A DNA stretch of 64,000 nt from an uncultured virus (IMG/VR IMGVR_UViG_3300005253_001911) (IMGVR_UViG_3300005253_001911), one strand, 5' to 3'. Positions 46,914 through 57,111 are shown, counted from the first letter of the stretch. The notes: generated from the letters alone by a model not told the origin. Made by a program: numbers and translations.

Positions 46914-47723
46914 TTATCCTTCTTCGAAATGAAACATATCAAAATCAATACGTGCTCTATATCTATTTAAGTCGCTTAACATACTTACATCTGTTCGCGG
47001 TATCCCGCCTAATAATGGTGGATTCACATTAAATGCTTTTACATTGTCAAATTGTAAAGCACCACTATATTGTATTAGTGAATACCCATAATTATCACTA
47101 AAAGTGCCATCCCAATCAATCATGGTGCCTTGTGGCCAGTCTTGGTTTGGCACACATTTCTGATATATACCATCGTATAATAATTCTTTTAGATCATCTC
47201 TCTCACCCTGATTTGTAGCAAATATATGTAAATATCCATGACGGACTACTTTTTTGCCGCCGCCGAGTTGAAATCCCACTTTTTCAAACCCATCTAAATA
47301 TATAGATACTACTGGCACTCCAGCAGCATGCACATCCTCCCACTCATTTACAATAGAAACATAGAAAAATTTATAAGTTACAGTAGCGGGCGTAACAGTA
47401 CCAGAAGTGATCACTCGGCCATCCACATAATCAATCATGTACTCCGTGCCACTAATAACGGCGCCAACTGCGTCATATACAGTAACAGAATTCTGTTGCT
47501 CTGTTGTATCTCCATAAGTGTCAATATATGACCACCCTCTGCCCAGACCCGTAGGTACCGGTAACATAGGTGTTACAGAATCATAAACCATAGAATTTGG
47601 GGGCGTAGATTCTGATTCATTATACTCAAGAGTTATATTTGTATCAGGTTCTCTATACTCATTAAGTACGTTGAAACGAATAAAATGGTGAAGTGATAAA
47701 TCCTCTTTGCGAAACCTTTTCAT
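46914..47723 (-). CDS. Tail completion/terminator protein
   Basis: VPVVSIYL...FQLGGG....LHIFATNQGERDDL..LL; directly before the tail tube. Start moved to ATG 47723 (GGAG RBS). Confidence 0.6.
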   Translation of the reverse strand: MKRFRKEDLSLHHFIRFNVLNEYREPDTNITLEYNESESTPPNSMVYDSVTPMLPVPTGLGRGWSYIDTYGDTTEQQNSVTVYDAVGAVISGTEYMIDYVDGRVITSGTVTPATVTYKFFYVSIVNEWEDVHAAGVPVVSIYLDGFEKVGFQLGGGKKVVRHGYLHIFATNQGERDDLKELLYDGIYQKCVPNQDWPQGTMIDWDGTFSDNYGYSLIQYSGALQFDNVKAFNVNPPLLGGIPRTDVSMLSDLNRYRARIDFDMFHFEEG

Positions 47724-47724
47724 A

Positions 47725-48294
47725 TTATTTACGCGCTCCAAATGCCAGAATTATTTTTTTCACCAATTCAGTTAAGTCCAAATTGCTAAAAAAATTTGGG
47801 CGGCCTGGAAAATTTGAAAAACTCCAGATAGGTTTATTGGGATCCCACCCATGACTTGAAGCTTCTTTACGATACTGCTCCTCAAGCATTATAAATGCTC
47901 TGCCAAACCTACCTTCTGGGCCCCCGGTCATTTCGCTAGTAACTAATACATAATTGCCTTCTATTCCTTGTATAATAGTTCCTATGATTTTTAAACCATC
48001 TGTAGTATTTTCGTCTAATTTATCCCCTATACCTAACTTATCAAATTCTCCTAATTCTATAACTGCTTCTATTGTCCTATTATTAACAATCTTGGTCTTT
48101 ATTTTGGATCTAATCTCGGCCTTTAAAAATTTTTCAAACTCATCTCTAAATACAGACGGCCTGGCCGGATCAGCCTCATCCTCAAATGGAATAATCTTCC
48201 CATCAAACCTATCCATCAGAGGTTTTACTATCAGATCAATTTCATCTTTAATAATATTTTCAAGTGCTCGTCTCAATTTGATAAAATTCCGCAT
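47725..48294 (-). CDS. Neck/tail-completion-region protein
   Basis: 189 aa; position between the head-closure and tail-terminator genes. Confidence 0.45.
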   Translation of the reverse strand: MRNFIKLRRALENIIKDEIDLIVKPLMDRFDGKIIPFEDEADPARPSVFRDEFEKFLKAEIRSKIKTKIVNNRTIEAVIELGEFDKLGIGDKLDENTTDGLKIIGTIIQGIEGNYVLVTSEMTGGPEGRFGRAFIMLEEQYRKEASSHGWDPNKPIWSFSNFPGRPNFFSNLDLTELVKKIILAFGARK

Positions 48295-48320
48295 AAGCCC
48301 TCTATAATACAGTAGTTAGT

Positions 48321-48830
48321 TTATTTTTCAGTTGCAAAAAAATGCGCAACCAATAAATGCTTATCACCCAGACCCCTAATAACTGGTGGATTTGCTAATT
48401 TACAGGTAATTCCATCAATTACAGCATGATCACAATCGGTAATTAAATCCTTGTGACACATATCAGTCTTTATTTCTACCAGCCTGGCCGCCTCATGTCC
48501 GGCTTCACTGAACGTAAACGCATTCATTTTGTCTCCGCCCGAATTCCATATAACAATACCCTCAATACACCTCTTTCTTACCGTGGTCAAAACACCCTTG
48601 CCATTACAAGTAGGACATCTACCGCCCGCAAAATAAAGAGGGTCTCCAATAGACACCTTGCTTACATTAGTACTAGTCCTATTTACTTTATCATAATAAC
48701 AAGCAGGACACTCATATTGAAAAGGCGGTGAATATATAACAACACTTCTTCCAAGACCTTTAACAACACGGTCCCAGCGCTTCTTGAACCTTCTCTTACT
48801 TTTAGATTTTATACGCCTGTTGCTTGGCAT
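48321..48830 (-). CDS. Putative head-closure protein with zinc finger
   Basis: GRSVVIY...CPAC...CPTCNGKG, with C-terminal VIDG..C......IRGLG; fits neck-gene order. Confidence 0.55.
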   Translation of the reverse strand: MPSNRRIKSKSKRRFKKRWDRVVKGLGRSVVIYSPPFQYECPACYYDKVNRTSTNVSKVSIGDPLYFAGGRCPTCNGKGVLTTVRKRCIEGIVIWNSGGDKMNAFTFSEAGHEAARLVEIKTDMCHKDLITDCDHAVIDGITCKLANPPVIRGLGDKHLLVAHFFATEK

Positions 48831-48843
48831 TTATTACCTCTCA

Positions 48844-49116
48844 TTAACCAGTCTGCCAGGGCCATCCCTGACTTCTTTCAGTAGGTGTAATATCTCCTGG
48901 ACTCCTAACTGGTATTGAACTTGGCTTCGTTCTAAAAAAAACTGTACTTGAATCCTGTGATCTGATCTCTACGTTATCACGAGTTATTACCCATGTCCAC
49001 GCACCGCCATATAGATATTTACCAAATAACACAGGGATGTAATCAATAACAATAGAGCCTCCCCAGCCCGTCGTTGTTATAGATGTAGACCCCCATCCCC
49101 AAATACTTATTCCCAT
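48844..49116 (-). CDS. Hypothetical virion protein
   Basis: 90 aa, Trp/Gly-rich N-terminus (WGWG...TTGWGG). Confidence 0.45.
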   Translation of the reverse strand: MGISIWGWGSTSITTTGWGGSIVIDYIPVLFGKYLYGGAWTWVITRDNVEIRSQDSSTVFFRTKPSSIPVRSPGDITPTERSQGWPWQTG

Positions 49117-49117
49117 T

Positions 49118-49594
49118 TTAGGTTCCTCGTGATCGTTTTGATGTATTATATATTCCCTGTTCTATCGAGGTATCAACCACATCAGTCACATCCCAACTGA
49201 TCAGTGATGTAGTATTATCATCATCATAGATAACTAAATTACCGGTGTTCCCGTCGGATAACTCTAATTTATTCTGCCATATTTTCTTAACCAGTTCTGC
49301 TCTAAAATCTATATTATCACTCACAAGCCCTATGGTATCTATCATATCGCCATATTGGCCAGTAGCAAGACTTTTATACCTATCCAGATCTAATAATGTA
49401 ACCGCGTCGCATAAAATTACATATTCTTTAGTAATATCATATCCTACAAAATCATAAGCATAGAAGCCATCAGCCAACTCTGCCATAACCCCACTTGCAA
49501 CTACCGATCCAGTCTCCACATTTCGTATACGTATAATGGGTGATATCCCAATAGCTGCAACGGCTCCATTTTGAAAATCGGTTTTTATCCACAT
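49118..49594 (-). CDS. Virion protein, stand-alone paralog of the N-terminal domain of 53636..55675
   Basis: Shared pattern MWI...G.SP.I.IR.V.TG..V....M.E..DGFY.YDF.GY.....Y...CD.VTL....RY. Confidence 0.6.
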   Translation of the reverse strand: MWIKTDFQNGAVAAIGISPIIRIRNVETGSVVASGVMAELADGFYAYDFVGYDITKEYVILCDAVTLLDLDRYKSLATGQYGDMIDTIGLVSDNIDFRAELVKKIWQNKLELSDGNTGNLVIYDDDNTTSLISWDVTDVVDTSIEQGIYNTSKRSRGT

Positions 49595-49608
49595 GCACTA
49601 TTTCTCCA

Positions 49609-51303
49609 TTAAAGTAATGTAGGTACTATTTCCTCTATGTGATCCTGTTTGCCATAGGCTTTGCCATTTCCTATATGTATAACGGGCAGATCAACAGCAA
49701 AATAAATGGGTATATCTAATTGATTACACATTTCGTAGAAATAAGTATCTTCACCTGTATGCTTAACTTGGGCTATTCCACCAACGCATTGAGTTCGGAA
49801 TTGCGGTCTGCCTATTTGTTTAAGAGCCTTAGTGGAAATAAGACATGCTCCAAGACCACTAGTAACAAAGCGATAATTACCCTTATTTAGCATCTCCTCA
49901 GTTATATTTGTACAATCAATCGCCATGTTTGTGGTCTTATCCACCAATCTTGTCACGGAGACTAATCTGGAGTCCTCCTTGTAGAAATAATTAGCTACAA
50001 CTACTTCTGCCTTATTTTCCATGGCCCGATCTAACATATCCATTAAGAAAGTAGGGGCTACATAAATATCATCATCTAGCAATAAGAGCCAATCAGATCC
50101 TTTATGTATAGCCAGTGATGCAGCCACACAACGAGCCTGATCTGTCGGCATTCCTGTAACTTCTTCTACTTGCATATCAAATGGAGCATACCATTTCTGA
50201 TTAGCGAAATTACGATGATTATTTCCTTGTAAAGAACAGCATACGCCTAATACTTTATGGTTTTCTCCTTCTAACTCAGAGTGGAATAGTAGCCGATTTA
50301 TTACTCTCCCCAAAATTTTCTTATAGTCCCAACCCGTGTAAGATCCTCTATTTGTTTTTGCCATGCGGTCCGACTTAGTGTTTTGGATAACTGTTTGGAT
50401 ATAAGCATTCTGAAACTCATCGCTATTAGGATCCCCAGGAATTACAAATCCGTTCTCCTCATTCACAATCTTTTCAGGCAGAGCGCCTAATGAAGATACG
50501 ATCGGAAAAGCACCGGCGTTTAAAGCACAATTCAAAACGTGACAGGATGTCTCCGCATAAGTTGAAGGATATAATAAAGCTTTGGACTTCTCTAAATATT
50601 TTATCAGTTCGGCGTGGGACAACCCGCCCAAGTATTCAACACCTTCTATTTCTTGTTGATATAAACCTTTACCCACCTCTAATAATTCTTCACGGCTATT
50701 ATTTTCCTCTGTAGTATTACTCTTTACATTATACATGTCCACACTACCAGCTATATACAATTTATACATCGGAAGCACCTTATGTATTTCGGGCCACATT
50801 TTCAATAGAACATCTAATCCACGATTGGGAGCCGAAGCATATATGAATGCGTCTTCTTTTTCTGTGTGAATATCAAAAACCTCAAGGTCAATTCCATTTT
50901 CGCTCATCAGACATTGTCGTCCTTCTTCTATCCCTGGTAGGTGTTGCAAATATTGTTGCTTCTGAAAATGGGACAGAAAAATAAACTTATTGATCTTGCC
51001 CTGCTGTAATAAGACCTGTAATATTTGAATAGTTTGCAGTGACGGCAAGTCTTGAAAATAGCAACCTACCTGTTTACCTTTAGTGTGAAATAAAATTTCA
51101 GGAGATCGCCACGCAAGAACCAAATCAAATTCTTCATCAGGAATTGGATCGTTCTTGAAGCATATTGTCAATGATATTCTTTCGTCTTGTTTGAGGGTTT
51201 TTACCAAGTATATAAACGCTGTTTCTGACCCTCCTAAAGCTGATGTTAAATCGTCCTCTCCGTAAGTCTGGTTGTTCGGTTCTACTAATAATACTGATTT
51301 CAT
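49609..51303 (-). CDS. Two-domain glycosyltransferase (GT4/GT-B plus GT2-like GT-A)
   Basis: GT-B part: LGGSETA, FIYASAPNRGLDVLL..WPEI, YPSTYAETSC. GT-A part: WLLLLDDDI, GLGACLI, GEDTYF. Confidence 0.85.
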   Translation of the reverse strand: MKSVLLVEPNNQTYGEDDLTSALGGSETAFIYLVKTLKQDERISLTICFKNDPIPDEEFDLVLAWRSPEILFHTKGKQVGCYFQDLPSLQTIQILQVLLQQGKINKFIFLSHFQKQQYLQHLPGIEEGRQCLMSENGIDLEVFDIHTEKEDAFIYASAPNRGLDVLLKMWPEIHKVLPMYKLYIAGSVDMYNVKSNTTEENNSREELLEVGKGLYQQEIEGVEYLGGLSHAELIKYLEKSKALLYPSTYAETSCHVLNCALNAGAFPIVSSLGALPEKIVNEENGFVIPGDPNSDEFQNAYIQTVIQNTKSDRMAKTNRGSYTGWDYKKILGRVINRLLFHSELEGENHKVLGVCCSLQGNNHRNFANQKWYAPFDMQVEEVTGMPTDQARCVAASLAIHKGSDWLLLLDDDIYVAPTFLMDMLDRAMENKAEVVVANYFYKEDSRLVSVTRLVDKTTNMAIDCTNITEEMLNKGNYRFVTSGLGACLISTKALKQIGRPQFRTQCVGGIAQVKHTGEDTYFYEMCNQLDIPIYFAVDLPVIHIGNGKAYGKQDHIEEIVPTLL

Positions 51304-51315
51304 GATACACCTTCC

Positions 51316-51621
51316 TTATAAGATATTATCCTTTAATACCGGCCAAATTCCACGGGACAGTGTAGTTTTCTGATCTTCTCTCTGGTAGTAAATTTTCCTA
51401 CAGAGCAAAGTTATAGCATCCCACTCGGCATTAGAAATACTCTTTTTAGTACTGTTCTTCCAGCGAGCGACCATTTGATCTACTGCTGTGTCAATATTAG
51501 TATCAGTAGCAGGCGTATCTCGATTACCAGCAGCAACTAAAGCAGTTTTAAAAGTATCGAAGTCTGCTGTTTTGAGACTTTCTGTTTTATTTGTAATAAT
51601 GTTCATATCGTCGATTGCCAT
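51316..51621 (-). CDS. Hypothetical protein
   Basis: 101 aa with AGGAG RBS. Confidence 0.6.
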   Translation of the reverse strand: MAIDDMNIITNKTESLKTADFDTFKTALVAAGNRDTPATDTNIDTAVDQMVARWKNSTKKSISNAEWDAITLLCRKIYYQREDQKTTLSRGIWPVLKDNIL

Positions 51622-51636
51622 TGTGTTCTCCTTATA

Positions 51637-52914
51637 TTAATTGTAGGCTTTAGGGGTGGCTAAGACACGTAAGAAAGTATCTGAATCATAGGGAGCGTAG
51701 TAAAGATATTGCCCATCGTAGCTACCTCTTCTATAGGCTTGATTTACTGCGGCAGCTCCTTGAGCAGTGCTCATTGACATTTGTGACCAATCACCAACAG
51801 TAGTGAATGATGTACCTTGAGTATCGAAACGTAAGAAAGTGGCAGAAGCAAAGGAAATATAATAAACATAACGTCCGTCATAGTTAACTCCTGTGTAAGC
51901 ACTGGTTGTAGCAGCAGCTCCGTGAGCTGTTGACATACTTATTTGTTCCCAATCCCCTGCTGTAGTGAAAGATGTCCCTTGAGTATCAAAACGTAAGAAC
52001 GTGGCAGAATTCATAGGACTATAATAAATATAACGCCCATCGAAAGTAGTTTCCATATAAGCAGAAGCTACAATAGCAGCTCCCTGAGCTGTTGACATAC
52101 TCATTCTTTGCCAATCAGCGGTAGTAGTAAATGATGTTCCTTGAGTATCGAAACGTATAAAGGTATCTGCATCATTAGGACTATAATAGATATAACGTCC
52201 ATCATAACTAATTCCTGCATAAGCATTATCTAAAGCAGCAGCACCTAACGCTGTACTCATATTCATTTTTTGCCAGTCACCAGCAGTAGTGAATGATGTA
52301 CCTTGAGTATCGAAACGTAAGAAAGTGTCACTACTAAGAGGGTAGTAATAAATGTAACGTCCATCATAGTGGACTCCCATGTAGGCACCGTCCAACGCGG
52401 CAGCTCCTTGAGCAGTGCTCATTGACATTTGTGACCAATCACCAACAGTAGTGAAAGATGTACCTTTAGTGTCTAATCGGAGAAAGGTATCACTATTAAG
52501 GGGAGAGTAATAAAGATAACGTCCATCATATACAACTCCTTCATAAGCACTATCCAACGCAGCACCCCCTTGAGCAGTGCTCATTGACATTTGTGCCCAA
52601 TCAGCAGCAGTAGTAAATGATGTACCCTTAGTATCGAAACGTATAAAGGTGTCTGAATCATAAGGTGTATAATATACATAACGTCCATCATACGCAATTC
52701 CTCCATAAGCATCATCAACATAAGTAGCTCCTTGAGCAGTTGACATACTCATTCTTTGCCAATTATTCTCTTTACTAATCTTCGTATATTCATCAACATA
52801 AGTCTTAGAATCAGCCACATCAATACTAGTATTAGCTAATCCTAACCTATCAGCCTGCTCTCGTGCATTCTTATCGTCAGATTCTTCGCCAAAAATAATC
52901 GTATCCGTTGACAT
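51637..52914 (-). CDS. Seven-repeat beta-propeller protein (candidate adhesin/receptor-binding protein)
   Basis: Seven 54-aa repeats W.(R/Q)MSMSTAQG.A....AY.G..YDGRY.YY.P..SDTFLRFDT.GTSFTT..D. Confidence 0.75.
   Translation of the reverse strand: MSTDTIIFGEESDDKNAREQADRLGLANTSIDVADSKTYVDEYTKISKENNWQRMSMSTAQGATYVDDAYGGIAYDGRYVYYTPYDSDTFIRFDTKGTSFTTAADWAQMSMSTAQGGAALDSAYEGVVYDGRYLYYSPLNSDTFLRLDTKGTSFTTVGDWSQMSMSTAQGAAALDGAYMGVHYDGRYIYYYPLSSDTFLRFDTQGTSFTTAGDWQKMNMSTALGAAALDNAYAGISYDGRYIYYSPNDADTFIRFDTQGTSFTTTADWQRMSMSTAQGAAIVASAYMETTFDGRYIYYSPMNSATFLRFDTQGTSFTTAGDWEQISMSTAHGAAATTSAYTGVNYDGRYVYYISFASATFLRFDTQGTSFTTVGDWSQMSMSTAQGAAAVNQAYRRGSYDGQYLYYAPYDSDTFLRVLATPKAYN
51660..52765. repeat. Tandem 162-bp coding repeat, about 7 copies
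   Basis: The motif gtagtraawgatgt.cc recurs at ~51800, 51962, 52124, 52286, 52448 and 52610. Confidence 0.9.
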
Positions 52915-52919
52915 ATAAC

Positions 52920-53639
52920 TTATCCTTCCTGTCCTATTATTTCATACTTGTTTGACTTCTTTATATTTGCAATAGCGTCTAATATTTGTAAGTTATCCTG
53001 GTGGTGTAAGCCGCCTTTATCAAGAGGTTTGATATGATCTATATGCCATTTACAATTAATACTGATGGAATTCATATAAGCACATATGGAATAAATTTTG
53101 TTTATCTCACTCATACTTGCATTAGCAGGAGTTTGGTTTCTTTTAGCTGCTCTATGTTTTGCTGAATTGGCACATGCTTTGTCTGGATTATTTTTAGCAT
53201 ATTGTTTCATATATTCCTTGCACTTCTCTAGGCTATTTTGGTAATATTCTCTACCACGTTTATTCTCACGTTCTTTATTGTTTTGATAACGCTGTTTCAT
53301 AAATTCATTATACTTCTCTTTGTGATCAAGATGATATTGTTTTCGATATTCCTTTCTATCCAGACTAATACCATCCTTCCAATTAGGATTTTTTTCGCCG
53401 CACAAATGTACACCGTACATAGAATTACCTTTACCTTTTTGTCGTTCGGAAAGCTTTTCATTAGCACAATACCAACACCTACGCCCTGATTGAAAACGAT
53501 TCCAAGTAATAGAATGTCTATGACCTTTAGGACAGATATAATCCAGTTTTATACGAGCATTGATATAATCATCACTCAATAACTGATAGTTTTCGTTCTC
53601 AAATTCAGATTTAATAAATTCATAAGTTAGTTTTTTCAA
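52920..53639 (-). CDS. HNH homing endonuclease (zinc ribbon plus HNH)
   Basis: Likely TTG start at 53639 overlapping the upstream TGA. YICPKGH...RCWYC; WHIDHIKPLDKGGLHHQDNLQIL...N. Confidence 0.88.
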   Translation of the reverse strand: MKKLTYEFIKSEFENENYQLLSDDYINARIKLDYICPKGHRHSITWNRFQSGRRCWYCANEKLSERQKGKGNSMYGVHLCGEKNPNWKDGISLDRKEYRKQYHLDHKEKYNEFMKQRYQNNKERENKRGREYYQNSLEKCKEYMKQYAKNNPDKACANSAKHRAAKRNQTPANASMSEINKIYSICAYMNSISINCKWHIDHIKPLDKGGLHHQDNLQILDAIANIKKSNKYEIIGQEG

Positions 53640-55675
53640 AATGTACTCCAGGTGCCACGGGCACCAATTATTATCCACATAGTATTGCCATCTACGTACT
53701 CTAAAGTTATGTTGCTATAAATTTCGTTAATTTGATTACATAAAATTCCCCCTCCAGCGGTACTGCTATCTATCTTGTCTGAATCAGCAGTCTGAATAGT
53801 TACCTTACCAGCGCCTGTCTTGGCTAAAGTAATTCTCTCGCCGTCTTCTGAAGCGCCAACACTAGGAAGGGTAAATATTTTATCGTCGGCAGAAGACATT
53901 CTAATAGTTTTATTAAAATCAGACGTTGTTATTGTGTAATCAGCCGTCTTAGTCTCAGCTGTCCACGAAAGAGAACTTAATCCATCCCCACCGCCAGATA
54001 TTGTTGTCCAACTCGGCGCAGCGGAAGCCCCATTAGTTACTAGACTATCACCAGATGTAGAACCAAGTGCTAGTTCTTGAACATCTCCTGAACCATCTGT
54101 ATAAACTACCTTCCAGTTTCCTGCTGTATGGTCTGAAGTTGAAGTTATGGTGTGAGATCGAGTATGTAACTGAGCTACTAAATCACCACTAATAGTGGTC
54201 ATTTCAGTGTCATTTATATACTGTGGATGGTCATCATCTGCTAATCCTGTAAGACTTCCGTGGTCAATATCTGCATTTGCTAATGTAATAGTTTGATTAC
54301 CATCTATAGTTCCACCACCTGATAAAATACCGCCAGATGAAATGGATACAGTTGAATGTGCTACATGATTATCAGCTACATTATGTGTAGAAATATCACT
54401 ATCTATTTCTGTTGATAAAGCACCAGAAATAGTATCCACTTCCGCCTGTGTGTACTTATCCAAGTCAGTAATATCACTCTCAGTCCATGTCAGCGCATCT
54501 ACTTCTGTTTCAGTATAATACCTGTCATCCAACTGACCAGCATCTAGTTCTGTTTCAGTGTAGTATCTAGCATCTCCTCTTGCATCGGTATGGTATTGAG
54601 TATGATCATCGTTTGACAATCCATCCAAAGCACCGTGTTGTATGTCGGCGTTACTTAGATCAACTCCACCACTTATTACAACATTTCCACTAGGAGAATC
54701 CAGCACCAGATCATTTCCGGACATATACAGAACTTTATCACCATTTATATACAAGCTTGAACCAGTTAAATAAAGGTCCTTGAATGGTAAAGATAAAGAT
54801 CCTATGTCTAAAGTTCCACTAGCATTAGCTCGAATATGGCCAGTAAAAGCACGTGTGCCATCTACTAATATATACTGAGAATGATCATCATTATCTAAGT
54901 CTAATAACTCGCTGTGACTTACAGTACCAGATACAACTATATCTCCATATATTAATCCATCAGTAGCAGCGTTGTATTTTACAACTAACTGATCACCAAT
55001 AGCACTTTCATCTATACATTTTGTTCCAAGAATACAAGAAAGGTGGGAATTATCAACAGCATACTTTACACCTGATGCAGTAGAAACATAAATACCGTCA
55101 CTTACATTTTCCGCAGCATTTATGACGCCATCATCATCGGAATCATATACTGATTTTTTCATATAAATATCCGGTGTCAAGCTGCCACTTACAGTACCCG
55201 TTGCGCCAGACCTACGAGATGGCATGCTTGGTTGTTGAACAATTACATTCCCATCTTTATCACTGACATCAAACGTCAAAAGGGGAGTGATCTCATCATC
55301 CTCATACAAAATCCAATTATCAGTATCACCATCCATCAAGTCTAAACGGTTGGTTTGGATTTTACGTATCAGTAATGTTCTAAGATCTACAACCCCTACA
55401 GTGGATTCAATGGAATCCAATACCTCGTTATATTCACCGCTCGAAGCATAAGTGTATCTCTCCGTACCAGACAGAGTGACACTATCACAAACAACTGTAT
55501 AATCTACCAACGGATTATAGCCACTAAAATCATAGCTATAAAAACCATCACCAGTCTCGCTCATAGGAGTGCTACTAATAACTATTACGCCTGTATCAAC
55601 ATCTCGTATTACAACAGTAGGCGATAATCCAGTAGCAGGCACTCCTTCACGTGTAAAAGATGATACTATCCACAT
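53636..55675 (-). CDS. Modular fibre-like virion protein (head/neck fibre candidate)
   Basis: 679 aa with DDDH.QY and RYYTETE repeats and a C-terminal KTADYTIT..D...IFTLP...GKVTI domain typical of fibre ends. Confidence 0.6.
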   Translation of the reverse strand: MWIVSSFTREGVPATGLSPTVVIRDVDTGVIVISSTPMSETGDGFYSYDFSGYNPLVDYTVVCDSVTLSGTERYTYASSGEYNEVLDSIESTVGVVDLRTLLIRKIQTNRLDLMDGDTDNWILYEDDEITPLLTFDVSDKDGNVIVQQPSMPSRRSGATGTVSGSLTPDIYMKKSVYDSDDDGVINAAENVSDGIYVSTASGVKYAVDNSHLSCILGTKCIDESAIGDQLVVKYNAATDGLIYGDIVVSGTVSHSELLDLDNDDHSQYILVDGTRAFTGHIRANASGTLDIGSLSLPFKDLYLTGSSLYINGDKVLYMSGNDLVLDSPSGNVVISGGVDLSNADIQHGALDGLSNDDHTQYHTDARGDARYYTETELDAGQLDDRYYTETEVDALTWTESDITDLDKYTQAEVDTISGALSTEIDSDISTHNVADNHVAHSTVSISSGGILSGGGTIDGNQTITLANADIDHGSLTGLADDDHPQYINDTEMTTISGDLVAQLHTRSHTITSTSDHTAGNWKVVYTDGSGDVQELALGSTSGDSLVTNGASAAPSWTTISGGGDGLSSLSWTAETKTADYTITTSDFNKTIRMSSADDKIFTLPSVGASEDGERITLAKTGAGKVTIQTADSDKIDSSTAGGGILCNQINEIYSNITLEYVDGNTMWIIIGARGTWSTF

Positions 55676-55696
55676 ATAAACTACGCTCCGTCATGT

Positions 55697-56197
55697 CTAT
55701 TTAGTTGTTATATTTAAAAATTTGCCCACAAATTTGTATTCTTTTCTCTTAATATTTGCATGGCAAGGTTTCTTACAAAGTGTTATTCCGTTCCAAATTT
55801 CAAATCTTAAATCAGCGTGTTCACCAAAAGGATAAATATGATGAGCTTCTTTATACCCGCCTTTTTGGCCGCATATCTGACAAGTAAAGTCGTCACGTTT
55901 AAATACTTTTATGCGCCACTGTTTATATCTTAAACCACGTTCTCTGCCTACAGCGATCCCGTCTTTCCAATTGGGATTTTTATTACCCAGGAATTGTTTA
56001 GCTCGTTTTGATAATAATTCTTTTTGTAAACATCCGCAACTCCTACTACTCACCAATAAATTATAACGTGGAATTATTTTTTCAGTTCCACAATCACATT
56101 TACATAACCATTGAGATCCACCCCATTTTTCATTGCCGGCATCCTTTAAAACTACCCACCTGCCAAATCTTTGCCTTGTTAAATCTAATCTTTTCAT
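55697..56197 (-). CDS. HNH homing endonuclease
   Basis: DLTRQRFGRWVV...WLCKCDCG...SCGC, then WRIKVFKRDDFTCQICG...EAHHI...NGITLC. Confidence 0.88.
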   Translation of the reverse strand: MKRLDLTRQRFGRWVVLKDAGNEKWGGSQWLCKCDCGTEKIIPRYNLLVSSRSCGCLQKELLSKRAKQFLGNKNPNWKDGIAVGRERGLRYKQWRIKVFKRDDFTCQICGQKGGYKEAHHIYPFGEHADLRFEIWNGITLCKKPCHANIKRKEYKFVGKFLNITTK

Positions 56198-56206
56198 TTA
56201 TATATC

Positions 56207-57094
56207 CTAATCTATCAATACTCCTCCTAATTCAGAAAACATATATTGTTTGATTAAAGCATCTAATATTTTTTGTAACCGCATAATTATTTTTTCCCGT
56301 TCTTTTAATCCTGGCGATGGGTCATAGGTTGTCTGATCATCTTTTATAGTCGCACCATCATCAACGGCATCTTCTGCATACATATTTTGCAAAAGATCTA
56401 TAGCTGCCTGTAACACTAAATGGTCCTGTGTCACATTAGCTGCAGTTAATCCAGGCGGTATCATAGCATCGCCATATGATTCATATACCTGTCTATCAGA
56501 AAATTTGAAGGTATGATACCATATTTCTATAACCTTAGTTTGCGAACCACTGATTAAAGTACCACTAAACGTAAGATATTGATATCCCTGTACCACAGGA
56601 TCTGTCAATGTCGTAAACTCCGACCCATCGACGGTCACATAAACTGGCCATATTTTGTCTGCTATATCTACAGTACGGTTGTCGTCGAGTATATTTGAAC
56701 AAAACTCACCGGTTTCTTGGTCTATGTATAAACGGCCTAATCCCCTTAAATCGCCTATATACCTACGTATTTTCCTAATAAGAACTTGCTCTTCAGTATT
56801 AAATGCAAACTCCGGTGGGTAGGTAACATCATGGAATATAACTGCGGTTCCATGGACAGCATTTGAAAATGAGCTTTCATTACTATTCGAAGTATTATAA
56901 TAAGTAGATTTATACCAATCATCTGGCGTACCACTAGAATCATTAAATACATAATCAGATACACCCGCAATTAACGCTACCGTATCAATTACAGTATATG
57001 TACCGTCACGAGCATCCGACCTATACACACGGATGACGTCATATAGCACCATAACTGTGGTTATATCCGTAACCTGAATGGTTAGTTTTATCAT
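56207..57094 (-). CDS. Putative head-tail adaptor/neck protein with N-terminal FN3-like domain
   Basis: IRVYRS...Y.F.D..GT...WYKSTYYN..ES..S domain, then a helical IRKIRRYIGD...VLQAAIDLL region. Confidence 0.55.
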   Translation of the reverse strand: MIKLTIQVTDITTVMVLYDVIRVYRSDARDGTYTVIDTVALIAGVSDYVFNDSSGTPDDWYKSTYYNTSNSNESSFSNAVHGTAVIFHDVTYPPEFAFNTEEQVLIRKIRRYIGDLRGLGRLYIDQETGEFCSNILDDNRTVDIADKIWPVYVTVDGSEFTTLTDPVVQGYQYLTFSGTLISGSQTKVIEIWYHTFKFSDRQVYESYGDAMIPPGLTAANVTQDHLVLQAAIDLLQNMYAEDAVDDGATIKDDQTTYDPSPGLKEREKIIMRLQKILDALIKQYMFSELGGVLID

Positions 57095-57111
57095 TTTAAA
57101 AACCTATTTCC

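Noticed and set aside
51660..52765. Tandem repeats considered as a CRISPR array or a DGR template/variable pair
   Set aside because: The repeats are in-frame 162-bp coding units without unique spacers. No reverse transcriptase or non-coding template repeat is present in the window.
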